Under the pieces are notes generated by a model. That model was given only the letters and a program-made list of their open reading frames with translations, was not told the DNA's origin and did no database searches. Shown one piece after another: positions 62,465 through 64,000 of a stretch of 64,000 nucleotides of DNA. The stretch is taken from the NCBI GenBank assembly GCA_963796635.1, contig CAWCMH010000001.1, positions 1,045,769 through 1,109,768 of the forward strand, written 5' to 3'. Position 1 is the first letter of the stretch, and each line of letters begins with the position of its first letter. The translations under genes and the position numbers were made by a program. The DNA is from an uncultured Gemmatimonadales bacterium. Its GTDB lineage: Bacteria; Gemmatimonadota; Gemmatimonadetes; Gemmatimonadales; GWC2-71-9.

Positions 62465-63688
62465 ATGATGGCACATGTCCCGGACCCCGGTGCCGGCCTG
62501 CCGCTCGACGTCGGCCGAATTCGTGATCGTGCGCTGCATCCGATTGCCGCCAAGGTGGACCGCGGCGAGCGCCTGTCGCCTGACGACGGTCTGGCGCTCT
62601 ACGCCACCAGCGACCTGATCGGGCTCGGCACCCTGGCCGATTTCGCCAATCAGCGGCGCAACGGCGCGCGGGTCTTCTTCTCCGCGAATCAGCACATCAA
62701 CCCCACAAACGTGTGCATTCTTCGAAACACCTGCACCTTCTGTTCGTTCGCCCGCATGCCGCGCGAGGATGGACATTACACGCGCTCGCTCGAGGAAGTG
62801 TACCACGAGGCCGCCCAAGCGGTGGGCTCGCCGACCCGCGAGTTCCACATCGTCGGCGGCCTGCATCCCAAGCTGCGGCTGAGCTACTACACCGACATGA
62901 TCCGCGGCCTGAAGCAGCGGCACCCGGACGTCCACGTCAAGGCACTGACCGCGGTCGAGATCGCGCACCTCGCCCGGATCGAGAAGCTGAGCATTCGCGA
63001 GACGCTGCTGGCGCTCAAGGATGCCGGGCTGACGTCGCTGCCCGGCGGCGGAGCGGAGGTGTTCTCCACCGCGGTCCGGGCCACGATCGCGGAGCGCAAG
63101 CTGACCGGCCGCGAATGGATCGCGGTGCATCGGGAGGCCCACGCCCTCGGCATTCCGACCAACTGCACCATGCTGTACGGCCACGTCGAAACCGCGCAGG
63201 ACCGGATCGAACATCTTGGCATGTTGCGGGATCTGCAGGATGACACCGGTGGTTTTCTGACGTATATCCCGCTGGCATATCACACCGAGCACAACGAGCT
63301 GGGCGAACAGCTCGGCCGTGTCGGTACGGCCACGACCGGCTACGAGGATCTCAAGAACATTGCCATCGGCCGCTTGTACCTCGATTCGATTCCGCACGTC
63401 AAGACGCACTGGCCCATGGTGACGCCGTTCATGTCGCAGGTCGCGCTGGCGTTCGGGTGCGACGACGTCGAAGGGACGGTGGTGTACGAGCGGGTGTATC
63501 ACGAAGCCGGGGCCCGGACGCAGATGCACATGCCGTATGAAGGGTTGGTTGCCATGATCCGGGATGCCGGTCGGCGACCGGTCGAACGCAACTCGCTGTA
63601 TCAATCGGTCCGCGACGACTTCACGGACCTCGACATTCCGCACGGCGGGGACGTGCGCGCGAGGACGCCGGCGGTGCACGCGGCATGA
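62465..63688 (+). CDS. Radical SAM menaquinone biosynthesis enzyme of the MqnE/MqnC family (futalosine pathway)
   Basis: ATG 62465. ..NQHINPTNVCILRNTCTFCSFAR (Cys cluster), ..EFHIVGGLHP..LPGGGAEVF..CTMLYGHVET..GGFLTYIPLAYH... Directly followed by mqnA. I cannot separate MqnE from MqnC by eye. Confidence 0.7.
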   Translation: MMAHVPDPGAGLPLDVGRIRDRALHPIAAKVDRGERLSPDDGLALYATSDLIGLGTLADFANQRRNGARVFFSANQHINPTNVCILRNTCTFCSFARMPREDGHYTRSLEEVYHEAAQAVGSPTREFHIVGGLHPKLRLSYYTDMIRGLKQRHPDVHVKALTAVEIAHLARIEKLSIRETLLALKDAGLTSLPGGGAEVFSTAVRATIAERKLTGREWIAVHREAHALGIPTNCTMLYGHVETAQDRIEHLGMLRDLQDDTGGFLTYIPLAYHTEHNELGEQLGRVGTATTGYEDLKNIAIGRLYLDSIPHVKTHWPMVTPFMSQVALAFGCDDVEGTVVYERVYHEAGARTQMHMPYEGLVAMIRDAGRRPVERNSLYQSVRDDFTDLDIPHGGDVRARTPAVHAA

Positions 63689-64000
63689 GGCTGGGGCGAA
63701 TTCCCTGGATCAACGCCGCGCCGGTATATGCCGGCATGGATCGGGGCGTCGTGCCTGCGCCGGCCACGGTGATCTCGGCCACGGCCGCCGAGCTCAACGA
63801 CCTGCTTGCCGCCGGCGAGCTGGATTTGAGCGCCGTGTCCGCCGTCGAATACGCCCGCAACGCGGCGGCGTATCACCTGCTTCCCGATCTGGCCATTTCA
63901 TGCGACGGCCCGGTGCACAGTGTGGCGCTGTTCAGCCGCCGTCCGGTGACCGATCTCGACGGCGCCACGGTGCTCCGAACCGCCTCGTCGCGCACATCGC
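63685..64000 (+). CDS. mqnA: Chorismate dehydratase MqnA, 5' part (continues off-window)
   Basis: ATG 63685 (ATGA overlap). MRLGRIPWINAAPVYAGM..ELNDLLAAGELDLSAVSAVEYARNAAAYHLLPDLAISCDGPVHSVALFS matches the MqnA N-terminal pattern. Confidence 0.75.
   Translation, partial: MRLGRIPWINAAPVYAGMDRGVVPAPATVISATAAELNDLLAAGELDLSAVSAVEYARNAAAYHLLPDLAISCDGPVHSVALFSRRPVTDLDGATVLRTASSRTS

Noticed and set aside
62465-63688. Flagging the Cys spacing CILRNTCTFC (Cx5Cx2C) of the MqnE/C-like enzyme as an aberrant radical SAM motif
   Set aside because: I cannot recall the exact spacing in bona fide MqnE/MqnC sequences with confidence. Without an alignment, this is not a supportable anomaly.

Overview
This is a visibly GC-rich bacterial chromosome segment from a diderm. 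The taxon cannot be proven from sequence alone; the gene content would fit a Gemmatimonadota- or Acidobacteriota-like lineage, which is a guess.

**Housekeeping flanks.** 1-26.7 kb holds the 5' part of dcd (minus strand), the full 14-gene complex I operon nuoA-N, a phosphomannomutase/phosphoglucomutase, a UPF0182-like membrane protein, sucCD, ndk and yceD-rpmF-plsX-fabH-fabD-fabG-acpP-fabF. 62.5-64 kb holds futalosine-pathway menaquinone genes (an MqnE/C-like radical SAM enzyme and mqnA).

**Accessory block (26.8-62.4 kb).** It starts with a repeat-rich lipoprotein and a beta-barrel OMP, followed by a type VI secretion-like locus. The T6SS core comprises tssB, tssC, an hcp-like gene, a tssE-like gene, vgrG, tssF, tssG, tssK and clpV. 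Upstream are PAAR, a DUF4123 adaptor, a candidate metzincin effector with a secreted HEAT-repeat partner, and OmpA-like/LysM/PG_binding proteins. I found no recognisable TssJ, TssL, TssM or TssA.

**Best candidate for an undescribed system.** The core is nested inside two paralogous copies of a six-gene module, which I consider a possible T6SS envelope and phospho-signalling system. The module encodes:
- a TM-PEGA-Sel1 protein
- a polytopic membrane protein with an FHA-like tail
- a secreted vWA protein with a conserved Thr-containing cytoplasmic tail
- a signal-peptide-TM-FHA protein
- an FHA-TM-periplasmic protein (possibly LAS/M15-like)
- a Hanks kinase

**Sequence quality.** The first 5.5 kb carries about 16 single-base indels, nearly all in short homopolymers, that break dcd and nuoA-G. 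One more lies in fabH, and the remaining ~58 kb reads cleanly. This is most likely a sequence-quality artefact rather than gene decay.

**Limits.** No rRNA, tRNA, CRISPR, transposase or integrase genes were recognised. All domain calls are by eye from motifs; none was verified by a database search.
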